From positions 2,336,001 to 2,400,000 of the forward strand of contig OZ219790.1 in NCBI GenBank assembly GCA_964291215.2: a DNA stretch of 64,000 nucleotides, in the 5' to 3' direction. The first letter of the stretch is position 1, and the number at the start of each line of letters is the position of its first letter. Positions 62,861 through 64,000 of this stretch are shown piece by piece. The position numbers and the translations under genes are program-made. The notes below the pieces were generated by a model, which saw only the letters and a program-made list of their open reading frames with translations, made no database searches and had not been told where the DNA came from. This DNA comes from Alphaproteobacteria bacterium (GTDB lineage Bacteria > Pseudomonadota > Alphaproteobacteria > MPNO01 > UBA830).

Positions 62861-63721
62861 CGGCCGAACCAAAAACCGCCGCGATCCGGACACGGGGCGG
62901 CGGCGGGCGCGCCCCGCGCCGCGTGACGAGTGGACGGTCACGGAGGTGCCGGAACTCCGGATCGTGGACGAGGATCTCTGGACGATCGTGCAGATGCGGC
63001 GGCAGGCAGGGCGGGGGCGGAGGACGGTGCGGCCGCTGACTCCGCTCATCCATTGCGGGCTGTGCAGCGGGCGAATGACGATCGTTGGGCGAGGCCGGTA
63101 CAGCTGCCAGACGAGGCGCGAGGCGTGCGAAAACGATCGCCGGGTGACGGCCCAGGAGGTAGAGCGGATGGCGATAAAGCAGCTTTGCGAGATCGTGCTG
63201 TTCGGTGCCGACTGGGTCAGCGTCCTCGAATCTGCCGGCGAGACAGTAGTCGCGATGCAGACCGAGGCACATCGGGAAATAGCCGACACGCAGCAGCGGC
63301 TCGACAATCTCTTTGAGACGATCGAGCTGGGGAAACGTGGCGATAGGGTTCGCAACCGAATCGCCGAACTCGAGCGGGCACTCGCTGCGAAGAAAATTGC
63401 GGACTAGGGCGCTCGACATCCTGCCGCGAGAGACGGCGGCGCCGCGCGAGCTCTGGGAGTAGCTCCAAGAACGGGTCACTATCCTGGCGCGGCGCGCAGA
63501 CTCCGACGATGCCGAGGTACGACGAGAGGCCATGATCCGGATCCGAGATCTCCTCGACCGGATCGAGGTCGTTCCGGGCGAGGAGCCGAGATCCGTCAAG
63601 ATCACGGTCCGGGCGGACAGGAACGCACTGATCAGCCTGGCGATCGTAACCGATTTCGAGTTGACGCTTGGCGAACCGATCCTGCGCAGGTTCGCCTGTA
63701 CCCGCGAAAATGGAGAGATCG

Positions 63722-64000
63722 ATGGCGGATGACCTGTACGTGGCGGTGACAGCCACGATCATCGAGCAGCTGCGGGACGGGGTGCGGCCGTGGCAGATGC
63801 CCTGGGACAGGGGCGAGGGCGTGGCAATGACCCGGCCGCTCCGACACACGGGCGAGCCCTACGCCGGCACCAACGTGCTGACGCTTTGGATGGCAGCTCG
63901 GCAGCGTGGTTACAGCTCGCCGTACTGGCTCACCTACAGGCAGGCTCAGGCCCAGGGCGGGCAGGTGCGCAAGGGTGAGCGGTCCGTCGGAGTGGTGCTG
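63722..64000 (+). CDS. ardC: ArdC-family antirestriction/ssDNA-binding protein (runs off the window)
   Basis: DLY..VT..IIEQL..GVRPW..PW, PY.G.N.L.LW..RGYSSPYWLTYRQA..GGQVRKGE. Confidence 0.9.
   Translation, partial: MADDLYVAVTATIIEQLRDGVRPWQMPWDRGEGVAMTRPLRHTGEPYAGTNVLTLWMAARQRGYSSPYWLTYRQAQAQGGQVRKGERSVGVVL

Larger units (their letters stand above)
57274..63732 (+). pseudogene. Large serine recombinase split by IS insertions
   Basis: IYARY.S..Q..SIEDQ..DRLSR (57274-57656); recombinase domain YGYR..IAGQLN.EGIP..GILQNELYRG (60972-61351); PELRIVD, Zn ribbon CGLC..C..C and coiled coil (62861 onward). Confidence 0.88.

Overview
GC-rich alphaproteobacterial chromosome segment (taxon inferred from gene order and an alpha-type LexA box) with five zones. 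(1) 0.5-10.1 kb, core/metabolic: sulfatase, cimA, TrmJ-type methyltransferase, rpsD, NMT1/SsuA-type ABC transporter, Rieske oxygenase alpha/beta. (2) 10.2-26.3 kb, accessory: tyrosine-integrase remnant, frameshifted Rpn gene with an intact internal small ORF, eroded ISAs1-like element, and an intact compact Dot/Icm (type IVB, MPF-I) operon (dotI-dotH-dotG-icmC-icmD-icmB-orf-orf-dotA). A perfect GAAC-N7-GAAC LexA box lies in front of the operon and a 2x alpha-CTD + sigma4-like protein is encoded upstream. (3) 26.7-38.3 kb, catabolic/redox genes, including a UxxC selenoprotein with a SECIS hairpin that the ORF track splits in two. (4) 38.3-48.5 kb, conserved rplU-rpmA-obg-proBA-nadD-rsfS-rlmH-gpmI-ctpA-rppH cluster and tRNA-Ser(CGA); a ~192-bp MITE occurs twice. 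(5) 48.5-64 kb, decayed tRNA-adjacent island (repC'/parA'/parB, large serine recombinase, ardC) hit by seven IS insertions, two of them nested. Their ends and target duplications are intact but their interiors carry many short deletions. All family assignments are by motif recognition and gene context, not database searches.
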